A stretch of 64,000 bases of DNA from Leucoraja ocellata. Taxonomy: Eukaryota. The translations under genes were made by a program, and so were the position numbers. A model generated the notes under the pieces. That model saw only the letters and a list, made by a program, of their open reading frames with translations. It did no database searches and was not told the DNA's origin. Where the stretch lies: the NCBI GenBank assembly GCA_036785375.1, contig JAWMAR010000491.1, positions 1,364,001 to 1,428,000 on the forward strand, given 5' to 3'. This document shows, one piece after another, positions 1 through 13,873 of the stretch (position 1 is the first letter of the stretch; each line of letters opens with the position of its first letter).

Positions 1-2815
1 AAACATCACCTATCCATGTTCCCCAAAGATGCTGTCTGACCCGCTGAATTACTCCAACATGTCTTTCTTATATATGAGCACAGCCACGGTTAGGAGATAG
101 AAGAGAGACCAGCCAATGTGAAACTCAGCCCAAAAAGTAGTGTTTATTCAGTTTTCAGGATCTGGGGGTCACTGAAGATATTAGCATTTATTTTCCATCC
201 TTACTTGCCCTGAAACTGAGTGGCTTGTTTTGGGTTAGTGCAGATTTGACAACCATAGTGGTTGTGGAGTCAAACATTGGCAAGAGCAAGGACGGTAGAT
301 CTCCTTCCTGAAGGAGGCTGGTGAACCTGATGGCTTTTGATTTTGATTTTGGACCTGATTTTGGATGATCAGCCATGATCATATTGAATAGTGGTGTTGG
401 CTCGAAGGGAAGAATGGCCTTCTCCTGTACCTATTTTATATGTTTCTATGTTTATAATTCCAGTATTGTGAAGGCAACTAAATTTCCAAATTATAGAGCT
501 AATTTTAAACTCGCTGGCTATTGTGAAATCTAGTATTTTGATGAAATGTGAACTCGTGACTCTAGATTACCAGAGACAAGACAGGCATTAAGTAGACAAG
601 GCAGAGATGGGTTACAGTCCTACTGCGGGCAAATTGGTTTATTCATGTCAATTATATTGCGATACAGCAAGGAAAAACTGCTTTGTGTACTATCCAGGCA
701 AATCCTACCATCATGAGTACACTAGATAGTGCAAAAGAGAAAAATAAACAGTCACAACTACAGAGAGAGTAATTACAAAAGTACAATGGTTGCAATGAGG
801 CCGATTGGAATATCAAGAATACATCCTTAGCATATGAGAGGTCCGTTCAGTAGTCTGATAATAATGGGGAAGTTGGTGAATATGTCATTTCAAGCTTTAG
901 TATCTTCTGCCTGACAGGTGAGGGGAAAGAATGACCGGTTATTAGCAGTCCCTGAAAATGGGATTAGTGGAGATGACAAAAAGGTCAGGATGGGCCGAAG
1001 GGCCTGTTTCTTATGTTGTAATTCAGCTGCTGTGAAAGATGAGATGTAGGTGCTGGTCCACTGCTATTGTTACATGAAAACTCCCCAGAGGAAATTTCCT
1101 TTTGCAGTTCTGTCCGTGTTTCGATTAGTAGTTTAGATGAATCTACCCATGACTTGTGTTGTAATTCAGACTGTGTTCATAGTTTAGATTAAATCCTTAA
1201 TTAACCTCCCCTGACCAGCTCTGCTTCAAGGCTCAAGGATAGCAACCCCATCCTCCCATTACTGATGTCTAAAAATACACCTAAATGTTATAGACAATAG
1301 ACAATAGGTGCAGGAGTAGGCCATTCGGCCCTTCGAGCCAGCACCGCCATTCAATGTGCTCATGGCTGATCATCGCTAATCATGGCTGATCATGTTGGAC
1401 TGCAACTGAATATTCCACTGATGATTCCTTGTTTTCTGACCCCTCTACCGCGCGGTAACGGCCTGCCGGCCCGCAGCCGCATTGAGACCTTACGCACCGC
1501 CTCGACACCGTATGCAGCGTCTTGACGCCGTACGTCACGCACGAACTTCCCGTGGACTTCGCTCGAACATTCCGTCAACTCGCACGGGATCACTCGACCT
1601 CTGCGCGGCCCCCGCTTCTGGTTTGGTCGCGCTCGCCGCATGCAGTCGCATGCTGGTGGGACCGGCCCTGTACGGGGATCACTCGACCTCTGCGCGGCCC
1701 CCGTTTCTGGCTTGGTCGAGCTCGCCACATGCAGTGTTGTGGAGGCAGATCCATTTGCAATGCTCAAAGTAGAGCTAGAAAAGGGAGTTGCAGGGAAGTA
1801 GGGAATGGGCAGGAGAGAGCAGTTACTTGGATTGTTTTTGCATAAAGCTAGTATCGACTCAATGAACAAAATGATTTTCTTCTGTAAAGATGTTGTGATT
1901 CTATGTTTTTAAAATAATGGTGAAGAGCTTATCAAGAACTTTAAAAGGGAGATAGGTGAATGGTGGGATAGATGTATGGAGAATTACATAGAATATTCAG
2001 CAAAGAAACAAGCCATTCAGTCTGTGCAGTTGGAGCCGTTTATCTTCTCACACCCCCTCCCCCACCCCTTTATTTTATTCCCTTGAATTTGTCGAACTTC
2101 CATTTAAATCCCTTTACCTTTTACTGTACCGTCACAGTCCCCCACTGGAAGTGAGTTTCTCCTGCATATGCTGGTAATTACCTTGTAATGGGGGAATGTC
2201 AGAGGACATTCCCTGCAATGGTGATGTGATGGAAATGGAAATGTGTAAGATGCCAGTCTTGGAAAGCAGATGTAGGGGTGCCAGTGATAACAAAATGAAA
2301 AATTATCCCAGCAAGTAACTGATCTGGGAACATGTGATCGCAGTTAACAATTTCACATTGTTGAGACATTTCTCCCTTGTGTGACGATACAGAATATAAG
2401 TGTCCGGACGGTTACTGGCGATCTCTACTGTGCAAAGTCAGGAATGAAATTCTCAGGACAAGTTCAAGAAAACTTCATCATCATAGACTGCCTGCATGTC
2501 TTAGCAGGATCATACAGGTGAGTGAACTCCGCTCCTCCAATACTGTTCGCAAATCAATTTGGTTAAAGTCAATGTGAGCAGTGAGGAAGGAAACACTTTA
2601 TATAATTTAAAAAAATTAATTTCAGAAATTCCGAAAGCAATTGACAGCTATTGGAATAATTTTGAAATGTAATTATTATTGTAAAATAGTCAAATGCACA
2701 AGTATGGTGAGGTACAGATACAATGAAAAATCGTGCTTGCAGCAGCAACACAGATGGTCTCAAACAATTTTAAAAATACATATTTACATATATATGGTTG
2801 TATTTTATTTATACA

Positions 2816-3896
2816 CTAGACCCAGTGCAGACCATTCCACCACTCACCCGTTCCCCCAATGCAGGCCGTTCCCACAACGTAATATTGCACCACTCATGCA
2901 TAGCCCCCAACTGCGCAGACGCGGCTAATTTATCCTCATCCCCCAGTATTCCTTCCTCTTCCTCTTCACCCTCCCTCTACAATCCCTAGAGAGGGAGGGG
3001 TGGTAGATAGGAAGGGGGGGGGGGGGGGCACAGAGAGGGAGCGGGGGGGGGGGGGGGGGGGAAAGAGGGAGGGGGTAGAGGGAGAGGGGAGGGGGTTGAG
3101 GGAGAGAGGGGAGTAGAGTGGGGGGAGGAAGGGTAGAGGACGAGGGAGAGGGAGGGGGATAGAGAGGGTAGATAGGGAGGGGGCATCTCCCCCCTCCACC
3201 CCTCGCCATCTCCCTCTATCACTGTACTCCCCACCCCACCTCCCTCTACCACCCAACTCCCTACCCCATCTCCCTCCTACTCATCCCCCTCACTCCCGTT
3301 CCCTGCCCCAGGACCTACCCAGGTTGTAGAGCAGCGCCAGGGCCTGGAACTCGGCCTGGTTCTCATACTCAGCCCGGCCCTGGCCATAGACTCCAGCCAT
3401 CAGCTCGGCCGCCGCCTGGGCTACAGTGCAGGCATCATCTCCGGGCTCGTCCCTGACCACGGACCCAGGCTCGTCCTTGGTTCCAGCGGCGGCTTCTTTC
3501 TCGGCCCAGGTCACGGCCCTATCCCAAGCCCCTGGCTCGGCCCTCACTCCAGCTCCAGCACCACATTCCCCACCAGGTGTCAGGCATTGGCAGCTGTAGT
3601 GCCCGTCCCTCCCGGAGTGTCTCGTCCTGCCTTGTGCGTGCATTGTGACGTCACTCGGGTTTTTGTCCGAAATGGGTGCGTTTTCGGGCTGTTTTGAAAT
3701 CTTTAAACGAGTAACAACTTCGGAAATATAGGTGGGAATGCGACGGGAAGATGTTTATCGCCTCAACGGGAAAAATGTTAGTAGAATGTATGAAAACGGG
3801 AAGGCTGTGGCCTAGCGTTTGGAAGAATATAGGAATTAACCAGATATTGACACACACACACAGCCACAAATAAGACGGAGATTTAGTATTATAAAG
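2816..3896 (-). mobile_element. Non-autonomous Helitron-like element
   Basis: On the minus strand it begins TCTTATAATACTAAA (3896) and ends ...GGGTCTAG (2816), sitting between A and T with no TSD. The interior is GC-rich/low-complexity. The 3' hairpin appears degraded. Confidence 0.55.
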
Positions 3897-3945
3897 ATAT
3901 ATATTTATATTTTTTTATACATATACATATATACGATACAACATT

Positions 3946-4097
3946 NNNNNNNNNNNNNNNNNNNNNNNNNNNNNNNNNNNNNNNNNNNNNNNNNNNNNNN
4001 NNNNNNNNNNNNNNNNNNNNNNNNNNNNNNNNNNNNNNNNNNNNNNNNNNNNNNNNNNNNNNNNNNNNNNNNNNNNNNNNNNNNNNNNNNNNNNNNN
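3946..4097. other. Assembly gap (N run)
   Basis: Run of N characters. Confidence 1.
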
Positions 4098-4099
4098 AG

Positions 4100-4460
4100 A
4101 GCTAATTTGGAGGTTGTCGTTTTAAGCTGCTTTGCCTTCTTTGTGATGGCAGAAGTGAAATGAGTGTGGTCAGGGTGTTGTGGGTCTCTGAGGATGATGG
4201 CTGGTTTTTTTTTTGAGGCAGTGAACCCTGTTGATCCTTACAATGATTGGGAAGTCAGTACCCGTGATGGACTGGGCAGTGTTCACCACTTTTTGCAATC
4301 TTTTCCATTCTTGGGCATTTGAGTTGGCGAACCAGGCATGATGCAACTGGTCAATAAGCTCTCTACCGTGCACCTGTAGAAGTTCAAGAGACTCTTCGTT
4401 GAAACCAAATCTCCTTATTCTTCTAATGAAGTAGAGGTGTTCATGGACTCTCTTTATAGG
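4100..4460 (-). mobile_element. Degenerate Rex1/Babar-type LINE 3' fragment
   Basis: Translation 'WFANSNAQEWKRLQKVVNTAQSITGTDFP' resembles the C-terminus of the Rex1-like ORFs at 29185 and 52873. Confidence 0.6.
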
Positions 4461-4719
4461 TGTAAGAAAGTAGCTCTTCTTGAATAGGGACCACTGTCAT
4501 CAATTTGTGCACGGCAACCCGCCTTCAAATAACAATGTTAGGGCCAGATAGTCTGCTTTAGTGATGTTAATGAAGGATAAATATTGGCCACTGCCCTGCT
4601 CTTCAAAATAATGTTTACTAGAGAGAACAGATTAGTTTAATTTAACACCTTCTCTAACACTGTTGCATTCCCTGAGTGGTGCATGGGGAGTGTCAGGCAG
4701 GAATCTGTGGAATGGTGTT

Positions 4720-4851
4720 CAAGAAGGAACTGCAGATGCTGGAAAATCGAAGGTACACAAAATTGCTGGAGAAACTCAGCGGGTGCAGCAGCATCTATGG
4801 AGCGAAGGAAATAGGCAACGTTTCAGGCCGAAACCCTTCTTCAGACTGATG
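4720..4851 (-). mobile_element. Penelope-like (pLTR-derived) short repeat with minimal hammerhead core at 4816-4844
   Basis: Minus strand reads CTGAAGA-A-GGGT-TTCG-GCCT-GAAACGTTG. Same family as the copies at 37707, 47159 and 54959. Confidence 0.7.
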
Positions 4852-5007
4852 GAATGGTACTTGGTTCTAACCAGAAGGTTTAGATTCAAGGCACATGCCC
4901 ACTGGACCACGGGTTATAAACAGACCATGCAAATAAATGATTTATTTTCTTCAGTTGGTGTGGTTATAGATTCTACTGATCATCCAGACTGGCTTTTCTC
5001 TCTGCAG

Positions 5008-5668
5008 TTTCACTTGGTTGTCGGCACAAGTCCACAAGAACTTCATCAGCTTCTATTCCGGGCACGTTGTGGAATGTTTTGATGAGGAGTTCCGCCGGCT
5101 CTACTCCCAGTCCAAGCAGGTGAAGGGGTTCAGCTCAGAAGAAGCTGAGCCCTGCTCCGCTGTGAACAGCCAGCCACGACCCTTCCTCACCCCGACGGCA
5201 GTGTGGCCTGAAAGTCGCAACACTCACTCGGGCACCCTCAGCAGCCTGTCCAACCTCAGTGACCCACATGACCGTCTACAACTTCAGTCTCCGCCTGTAG
5301 TGAGCAAAGACCGGCGGCACAGTAGCGCTGTCCCTCAGTACAGAGTAGTGTACACTCCTCTAGTCCAGCACAGGAAGCAACCATTCCCACTGCCCCTTGC
5401 CCACAAACTATGCCCTGCTCCAGCGACCTGCCTCCTCAAGGAGATTCCGAAACCTGGGACTTGCTCCAAGGACATTAACGTTCTCAGGGCAGGGAAAGAG
5501 GAGTTGCAGAGTTCATTCCAACTGTTGTCCATTGGGCAACTTTACCCCCCACCAGATACCAAACAATGCTTCAGCCCAGAGCAAAACCGCAGAGGGAAAC
5601 ACACCACAGACGTTCTGTTCAGACCTAATAATCTGATGGGCCCCAAGCATTTCAACCACAGATATTAA
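5008..5668 (+). CDS. FAM83A: FAM83A-like protein, terminal coding exon (end of DUF1669/SACK1 domain plus low-complexity tail)
   Basis: Acceptor ttttctctctgcAG at 5007; reads (S)FTWLSAQVHKNFISFYSGHVVECFDEEFRRLY, the FAM83 signature SFTW...FDEEFRxLY; stop TAA at 5668. Paralogue assigned by synteny with C8orf76 and ZHX1. Confidence 0.85.
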
Positions 5669-6815
5669 AATATTAACGGAAATATGGGCGCAGTATTGTG
5701 GGGGTCGGAATGTGTGTGGAAACTATGGGCATTCAAGAGCAGATATCCTCTCCTCATGTCATGATCTAGAGTCATCGCAACATGGAAACAGTCCCTTCAG
5801 CCCACCAAGTCTACGCCAATATGCCCAGTTACCTGAAGTTCACACAAACTCTGTTTTAAGCGGTTGGTAGGTTCTTAATTAATAATGGCATCAAAGGTTA
5901 CGTGGAGTAAGGTTAAGGCAAGAGATTGGGGTTGAAAGGAAAAAATAGATCAACTATGATCAAATGGTGGTGCAGACTCGATGACCCAAATGGCAGTATT
6001 CTGCTCCTGTCTTATGATCGTGATCATTTCGTCTCACAACCCTCCAGGGTTTCACCACTTTGAATATTTATATTTGTATGACCTTCTATGACCTGCTCTG
6101 CCTTTCCGTGCACTGCTGTGATTACCTTTCTCTGCCCGTACTTATTGAATAGAATCTCTTGCATTGTTTACTTATGATCCAAAATTATGATCTCCCCACT
6201 GATTCTTTTTGACTCTCTGCCCCAAATTTTGTTTATTCTCAAAATCTGCAAAGTCTTGGCCTTCATGGTTTGTTACGGTTATTCACTCTTTGATCAAGGG
6301 CAGTGCACAGTTTGTGAGAAAAAGGAAATAGTATCAGAAATAAAATACCATTGCCACAGAAGGCTGTGAAGGCCAAGTCAATGGATATTTTGAAAGCAGA
6401 GATAGATTCTTGATTAGTACGGATGTCAGGGGTTATGGAGAGAGGACAGGAGAATGGGGTTAGGAGGGAGAGATGAGGGATTGAATGGTGGAGTAGACTT
6501 GATGGTCCGAATGGCCTAATTCTACACTATCGCTTATGACCTTAGTGAGCAAAGTCAATAATTGCGTGTTTAAATTCTACAGCTGAGCGACTTGAGTTAT
6601 TGGAAGAACCAATTTCACATATACTTCCCCTATGCTCTAATATATTGATGATGATTTATGTATAACACCTAGCAATCAAAAGCCAACCCTAATTATTATG
6701 TACACATGATCCTGGAACATTACTTGATGAGCCTGAGGCTCAATTCTTTAGCCTAAAGCAAGGATGTTGGTTTTAATCACATTTAAGCGTTACTTTCACT
6801 CAAAGGTCTCATAGT

Positions 6816-6926
6816 CAGTGGCGGACTGGCCAGGTTGTCAGCTTGCCCGATGGCAAGTGGGCCCCTGATGAAGTGGGCCCCCTTTGTCTCCTGGCAACTA
6901 ATATTTTTAGACCCAGTCCGCTCCTG
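6816..6926. mobile_element. hAT-type MITE
   Basis: Imperfect TIRs CAGTGGCGGACTGG / CCAGTCCGCTCCTG with perfect 8-bp TSD CTCATAGT (6808-6815, 6927-6934). Confidence 0.85.
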
Positions 6927-7029
6927 CTCATAGTAACTTCATTTTGAGCATGCAAGGATATATATGGACTTTTTCAAACTGTAATGACAAACTTTTCAAA
7001 AAGGTTTTAAAAAGTTAGGTTTCAAACCA

Positions 7030-10000
7030 CACCGACTAGATTCTTAGATCACTGGGATCTGTTTTGGAGTAAGGGGGAACTGTACAAAAGGGACGGATTG
7101 CACCTTAACAGGTGGGGGACCGGTCTTCTGGAAGGCAGGTTTGCCACTGCTACACATGTGGTTTTAAACTAAATAAGGGGGGGGGGGGGTCAAATGGGAT
7201 AGCCAAGGACAGAGTTAAAGGGAAAGGGATAGTTAATGACCCACAAATTAATGGGAAAGAAAGCTCACAAAGGGATAGGAGAGTATGGCCAAGTGTAATA
7301 GGGATCGATGTGAAAGGTGAATAAAATTGTATATGAATGCGCGAAGTATAAGAAGTAAAGTAGATGAGCTTGAGGCTCAGTTAGAGGTTGGTAGATATGA
7401 CATTGTGGGGATTACTGAGACGTGGCTGCAGGAGAATCGGGCTTCGGAACTTAATATTCAGGGTTATACATCTTATAGAAAGGACAGGCAGGTGAGCAGA
7501 GGTAGCTCCGCTGGTGAGGGATGGAATTCAGTCCCTTTCGAGGGAAGACATAGGGACTGGCGGGGTAGAGTCACTGTGGATTGAGTTGAGGAATTGTAAA
7601 GGCAAGGAGACACTAATTGGTGTTATCTACAGACCCCCAAATAGTAGCCTGGATGTAGGGTGTAAGTTGCAGCAGGAGTTAAAGCTGGCATGTAACAAAG
7701 GTAATGCCACTATGGTGATGGGGGATTTCAATATGCAGGTAGCCTGGGAAAATCAGGTTGGTTCAGGACCCCAAGAAAGAGAGTTTATAGAATGCCTCCG
7801 AGATGGATCCTTAGAGCAGCTTGTAATGGAGCCAACCAGAGAAAAGGCAATTCTACATTAAATGTTGTCCAATGAACCAGATTTGATAAGAGAACTAGAG
7901 GTGAAGGAACCGCTTGGAGGTAGTGATCATATTATGATTAGTTTTAATCTGCAATTTGAGAAGGAGAAGGTTAAATCGGAAGTGTCAGTGATGCAGTTGA
8001 ACAAAGGGGACTATGAAGGCTTGAGAGGGGAGCTGGCCAAGGTAGACTGGAAAGTGATCCTAGCAGGAATGACGGTGGAACAGCAATGGCAGGAATTTCT
8101 GGGCATCATCCGGAAGACGCAGGATCATTTCATTCCAAAAAGGAAGAAAGATTCTAAGGGGAGTAGGAGGCAACTGTGGCTGACAAGAGAAGTTAGGGAT
8201 AGAATAAAACTAAAAGAAAAGATGTATAACACAGCAAAGAGTAGCCGGAAGCCAGAGGATTGGGAAACTTTCATAGGACAACAGAAGGAAATAAAACGGG
8301 CAATATGGGCTGAAAAGATGAAGCACAAAGGGAAGCTGGCCAGGACTATAAAGAAGGACAGTAAAAGCTTCTTTAGATATGTTAAGGGAAAAAGAATAGC
8401 AAAGTCAAATGTGGGTCCCTTGAAGACAGACACGGGTGAAATTATAATGGGGAACAAGGAAATGGCAGAAGAGTTGAACAGGTACTTCAGATCTGTCTTC
8501 ACTAAGGAAGACACAAACAATCTCCCACATGTACTGGAGGACAGAGGATCTAAGGGGGTCGAGGAACTGAAAGAAATTTTAATTAGGCGAGAAATAGTAT
8601 TGTGTAGGCTAATGGGACTGAAGGATGATAAATCCCCTGGGCCTGATGGTCTGCATCCCAGGGTCCTCAGAGAGGTGGCTCTAGAAATAGTGGATGCATT
8701 GGTGATCATTTTCCAGTGTTCAATAGATTCAGGATCAGTTCCCGTGGATTGGAGGATAGCTAATGTTATCCCACTTTTCAAGAAAGGAGTGAGAGGGAAA
8801 ATGGGGAATTACTGACCAGGTAGCCTGACTTCGGTGGTGGGAAAGATGCTGGAGTCAATTATTAAAGAAGTAATAATGGGGCATTTGGATAGCAGTAAAA
8901 GGATTAGTCCAAGTCAACATGGATTTATGAAAGGAAAATCATGCTTGACTAAGCTTCTGGAATTTTTTGAGGATGTGACAAGTAAAATGGATGAAGGAGT
9001 GCCAGTGGATGTAGTGTATCTAGACTTTCAGAAAGCCTTTGATAAGGTCCTGCACGGGAGACTGGTGACTAAAATTAGAGCACATGGTATTGGGGGTAGG
9101 GTGTTGACATGGATAGAAAATTGGTTGGCAGACAGGAAGCAAAGAGTAGGAGTGAACGGGTCCTTTTCAGAATGGCAGGCAGTGGCGAGTGGAGTGTCGC
9201 AAGGCTCGGTGTTGGGGCCGCAACTGTTTACCATATATATTAATGATTTGGAAGAGGGAATTAGGAGCAACACTAACATATAACATATAACAATTACAGC
9301 ACGGAAACAGGCCATCTCGGCCCTACAAGTCCGTGCCGAACAAATTTTTTCCCCCTTAGTCCCACCTGCCTGCACTCATACCATAACCCTCCATTCCCTT
9401 CTCATCCATATGCCTATCCAATTTATTTTTAAATTATACCAACGAACCTGCCTCCACCACTTCCACTGGAAGCTCATTCCACACCGCTACCACTCTCTGA
9501 GTAAAGAAGTTCCCCCTCATATTACCCCTAAACTTCTGTCCCTTAATTCTGAAGTCATGTCCTCTTGTTTGAATCTTCCCTATTCTCAAAGGGAAAAGCT
9601 TGTCCACATCAACTCTGTCTATCCCTCTCATCATTTTAAAGACCTCTATCAGGTCCCCCCTTAAACTTCTGCGCTCCAGAGAATAAAGACCTAACTTATT
9701 CAACCTATCTCTGTAACTTAGTTAAAGCAAGTTGTAACTAGCAAGTTTGCGGATGTCACAAAGCTGGGTGGCAGTGTGAACTGTGAAGTGGATGTTAGGA
9801 GGTTGCAGGGTGACCTGGACAAGTTGAGTGAGTGGGAGATGCAGTATAATATAGACAAATGTGAGGTTATCCACTTTGGCGGCAAATACAAGGGGGCAGA
9901 TTATTATCTCAATGGGGTTAGGTTAGCGGGAAGTACAGCGAGACCTGGGCGTCCTTGTACACCGGTCACTGAAAGTTGGTGTGCAGGTACAGCAGGCAGT

Positions 10001-10655
10001 GAAGAAAGCTAATGGAATGTTGGCCTTCATAACAAGAGGATTTCAGTAAAGGAGTAGAGGTTCTTCTGCAGTTGTATAGGGCTCTGGTGAGACCACATCT
10101 GGAGTATTGTGTACAGTTTTGGTCTCCTAATTTGAGGAAGGACATCCTTGTGATTGAGGCAGTGCAGCGTAGGTTCATAAGATTGATCCCTGGGATGGCG
10201 GGACTGTCATATGAGGAAAGATTGAGAAGACTAGGCTTGTATTCACTGGAGTTTAGAAGGATGAGGGGGATCTTATAGAAACATATAAAATTATAAGAGA
10301 ACTGGACAAGCTAGATTCAGGGATAATGTTCCCAATGTTGGGCGAGTCCAGAACCAGGGGCCACAGTTTCAGAATAAAGGGGAGGTCATTTGACTGAGGT
10401 GAGAAAAAGCATTTTCACCCAGAGAGTTGTGAATTAGTGGAATTCCCTGCCACAGAGGGCAGTGGAGGCTAAATCACTGGATGGATTTAAGAGAGAGTTA
10501 GATAGAGCTCTACTGGCTAGTGGACTCAAGGGGTATGGGGCGAAGGCAGGCACGGGCTACTGATTGGGGACGATCAGCCATGATCACAATGAATGGTGGT
10601 GCTGGCTCGAAGAGCCGAATGGCCTCCTCCTGCACCTATTTTCTATGTTTCTATG
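7030..10655 (+). mobile_element. CR1 LINE, nearly complete but disrupted ORF2 (APE endonuclease + RT)
   Basis: YMNARSI..DIVGITETWL, IGVIYRPP, MGDFN, GSDH (APE); [26 protein letters not shown] (RT); stops and frameshifts; 3' tail (ttctatg)n. Confidence 0.95.
9275..9725 (-). mobile_element. CR1 3' fragment (second subfamily) inserted antisense into the CR1 above
   Basis: ORF 9434-9703 'LYSLERRSLRGDLIEVFK..TRGH'; nearly identical to the 3' end of the CR1 at 41669-43093. The host RT resumes at about 9737. Confidence 0.9.
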
Positions 10656-10694
10656 ACGGAGTTGTATATTACTGTTCCTTCATAGTTGAGTTCT

Positions 10695-11320
10695 TAGCAA
10701 AAGGATTTGAGTATAGGAGCAGGGAGGTTCTACTGCAGTTGTACAGGGTCTTGGTGAGACCACATCTGGAGTATTGCGTACAGTTTTGGTCTCCTAATCT
10801 GAGGAAAGACATTCTTGCCATAGAGGGAGTACAGAGAAGGTTCACCAGTCTGATTCCTGGGATGTCAGGACTTTCATATGAAGAAAGACTGGATAGACTC
10901 GGTTTGTACTCGCTGGAATTTAGAAGATTGAGGGGGGGATCTTATAGAAACTTACAAAATTCTTAACGGGTTGGACAGGCTAAATGCAGGAAGATTGTTC
11001 CCAATGTTGGGGAAGTCCAGAACAAGGGGTCATAGTTTAAGGATAAGGGAGGAATCTTTTAGGACCGAGATGAGGAAAACTTTTTTCACACGGAGAGTGG
11101 TGAATCTCTGGAATTCTCTGCCGCAGAAGGTAGTTGAGGCCAGTTCATTGGCTATATTTAAGAGGGAGTTAGATGTGGCCCTTGTGGCTAAAGGGATCAG
11201 GGGGTATGGAGAGAAGACAGGAACAGGATACTGAGTTGGATGATCAGCCATGATCATATTGACTGGCGGTGCAGGCCCGAAGGGCCGAATGGCCTACTCC
11301 TGCACCTATTTTCTGTTTCT
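10695..11320 (+). mobile_element. CR1 3' fragment
   Basis: [15 protein letters not shown]...TRGH, followed by the CR1 3'UTR hairpin and tail. Confidence 0.9.
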
Positions 11321-12129
11321 AAATCCTGGAACTCCCTCCCCAAGAGCCCTATGGGTGATCTTCAACACACAGAATGTAGTTACACAATTCAGCTACAAAA
11401 ATATTTCTCAGTATATTGAATAATCAGTACTTTTTTTTAACATTATTAACAATTTTCTCTCTGCATAGAAGAATTCTGTACATTTACGACTTGCTTTCCC
11501 AATTGCAAAGGACTGATACTGCAGGAGAAACCTAACACGTTAGTCTAGTTGCCAAAGCTGGATTCATTTAACAGTCTTTGTGGGGTAACCGAGGATGAGG
11601 AATAACTGCTGACTTTGTCAACAACTGTAGCCAGAGATTTTTTTTGTTGTAAAAAACAGTATTATGTTTGTAAATCCTTTCATGAATTTTCAGTTCCTTG
11701 CTCCAATAAAAGCTCATAAATTCTGCTTTATGAAGTGACAAACCTGGAATTGGAGGACTTGTCTTTTTATTTAATTTGGTAGTGACTCTGTTCTCCACTT
11801 GAAAGGATTTGAAAGACAAAATAAATCCCCTTAGCATCTGGGTTGCAGTCAATATTCAGCAGAAACATAGTTTTGCCTTGTCACATTGACATGTTCTTTT
11901 CTTTGGAGAAAACATGAGGCTGCCAGATCTTGGCATCAATATTCCAAGCCTTCCCAATAAATCTCCCACACAGATGCCCAGGAGAGGCAGAGAGGTTTAG
12001 GGAGGGAGTTAGAGTTTGGGACTCGGGCAGCTGAAAGCATGGTTGCCAGGGGTACCGCAATTAAAATCAGAATTGGAGAATGCAGAAAAAAATAGAACAC
12101 AGAGCTATACCGCACACAAACAGGCCCTT

Positions 12130-12500
12130 CAGCCACGATATCTGTGCCAATTATGATGCTAATTTAAACCAAATCCATCTGCCTGAACATGATGGATAAT
12201 CCTCCATTCCATGCTTATTCATGTGCCTGTCTAAATGCCTCTTGAATGTTGCCTTTGTATCTGTTTCCACAACCTCTCCAGTAAGTTCCAAGTGGCTACC
12301 ACCCTGTGCAAAAAAAGACTTGCCTCGTAAATCTCTTTTAAACATTCCGCTGCTCGCTTTAAAGCTATGCCTTCTAGTTTTTGACATGAGTACCTTGAGG
12401 GAAGGACTTTATTTTCCCTTTCACAATTTTAGATACTTCTATCAGATCACCCCCCAGCCACCAATACTCCAGAGAAAACAATCCAAGTTTGTCCAATCTT
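12130..12500 (-). mobile_element. Old CR1 3' fragment
   Basis: Degenerate 'SKTRRHSFK..FKRHLDRHM' translation. Confidence 0.65.
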
Positions 12501-13699
12501 GGTACGCAAGGAGGCATGTTATTCATGACGTGTGAATTAGGAGCAGAAATGTCAACTCGGCCATCATAAGGACAGACTGCGGCCCCTTACATTTTCATAA
12601 ACCTTTCAACCTCGTGCTTAACAAGAATCTATCTACCTGTATCCTTCGAAATATTCAAAGACTGCGTCCACCAAGAAAGTTCCAAAAACTCACAACCCTC
12701 AGAGAAAGTATTGCCTGAAATGGGGAACGTTTTTAAAAAAAAAGTGACTTCTTATTCTACATTTACCCACAAAATATAGTATCTTAGAATGTAGAACATG
12801 GAGCACAGGAACAGGAACAGGCCCATTTGGCACACAACATCTGTGTTGAAACTAATCCCATCTATCTGCCCATGGTCTATATCCCTCTATTCCCAATCTG
12901 TTCAGGTGCCTATATAAATGCCTCTCAAACATATTTTCTACATCTACCCCGTTAAGACTTTATCGAGATCTTATATATTCCAAGCACCTCTAACAGTGTG
13001 GCACTCCTTCTGTATCCACTGGAATTATCAGTCCCAAATGATGTGCTCATTCACTGGAGCAGTTTGTATTCACAACCTATGCCTATTGATAAAACACAAT
13101 CTGCTGGAGGAACTCAGCAGATCAGGTAACATCTGTGGAAGACAGACAATGTCTATCATTTTACTCAGGATTTTAATGGAAAATGTAAAAGGAATCTTTA
13201 ATTATTCCTTCCTGCCTTTTCCACCACGGAAAGAAAAAAATGGGTATAACCACATTTTTTAAAAAAATGGGCAGAAAATCAAGATTTCAGAGCATCTTAA
13301 ATATAAAAGTTGAAATCACAGGACAAGAACATTGCTATTCACACTGTTGGCCACTGAGTTATATTATTGATTACAGAATGTGGCAGCGGTATCACTGATG
13401 AGACACAAGTGAGCATAGTGTGTATATCAGTGTGCTCTGCTGAGGTAAAGTACAAATCAGTTTTTATCTTTCGCCTCGTCTGCACGAGGCCGTTCTTCAG
13501 CAAGATTGTGAAGCACATGATCAATCCACCACGTGTGTGTTTCTGTTTTGTATTTTAGTTTTCTGACTGCTGTTCACTCAACGTACTCTCGGCAACATAG
13601 TTCTTTAATTGTCCATGATAAACAGAGATTATTTTCCACTCTCTTTAGCAATGATGGGAGCCACATTTGCAATATCCAAAGATCTTTCTCCTCTCCGCC

Positions 13700-13873
13700 C
13701 TATGATGCCTGTGATATTGATCTGCAGTCGGGCTTCTTAAACCATTTCTTCTCAAAGTCCGAGCCTGACTCAATGGTAAAGTTGGCCAGAGCTGATGAAT
13801 TGGGAAAAACTGCACACTTTTCAGTTTCAGCACCATTTTTGATTCTGTCTGACAAAAGGTCCTTCCCCATTGC
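13700..13873 (-). CDS. C8orf76: C8orf76 homolog exon 6 (terminal coding)
   Basis: Acceptor ttttAG; AMGKDLLSDRIKNGAETEKC..SDFEKKWFKK..QAS* matches the human C-terminus pattern VMGEDI..EFEDKWF. Phase 0 is consistent with exon 5. Confidence 0.85.
   Translation of the reverse strand, partial: AMGKDLLSDRIKNGAETEKCAVFPNSSALANFTIESGSDFEKKWFKKPDCRSISQAS

Noticed and set aside
1584-1738. Two ~65-bp GC-rich direct repeats (CRISPR-like spacing)
   Set aside because: Only two copies in eukaryotic DNA with no cas genes; probably an internal repeat of a transposon fragment.
2925-3256. Pro/Gly-rich ORFs
   Set aside because: Translation of G/A low-complexity sequence inside a Helitron-like repeat.
8125-8781. 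218-aa minus-strand ORF and similar antisense ORFs over CR1 copies
   Set aside because: Shadow frames of LINE ORF2.
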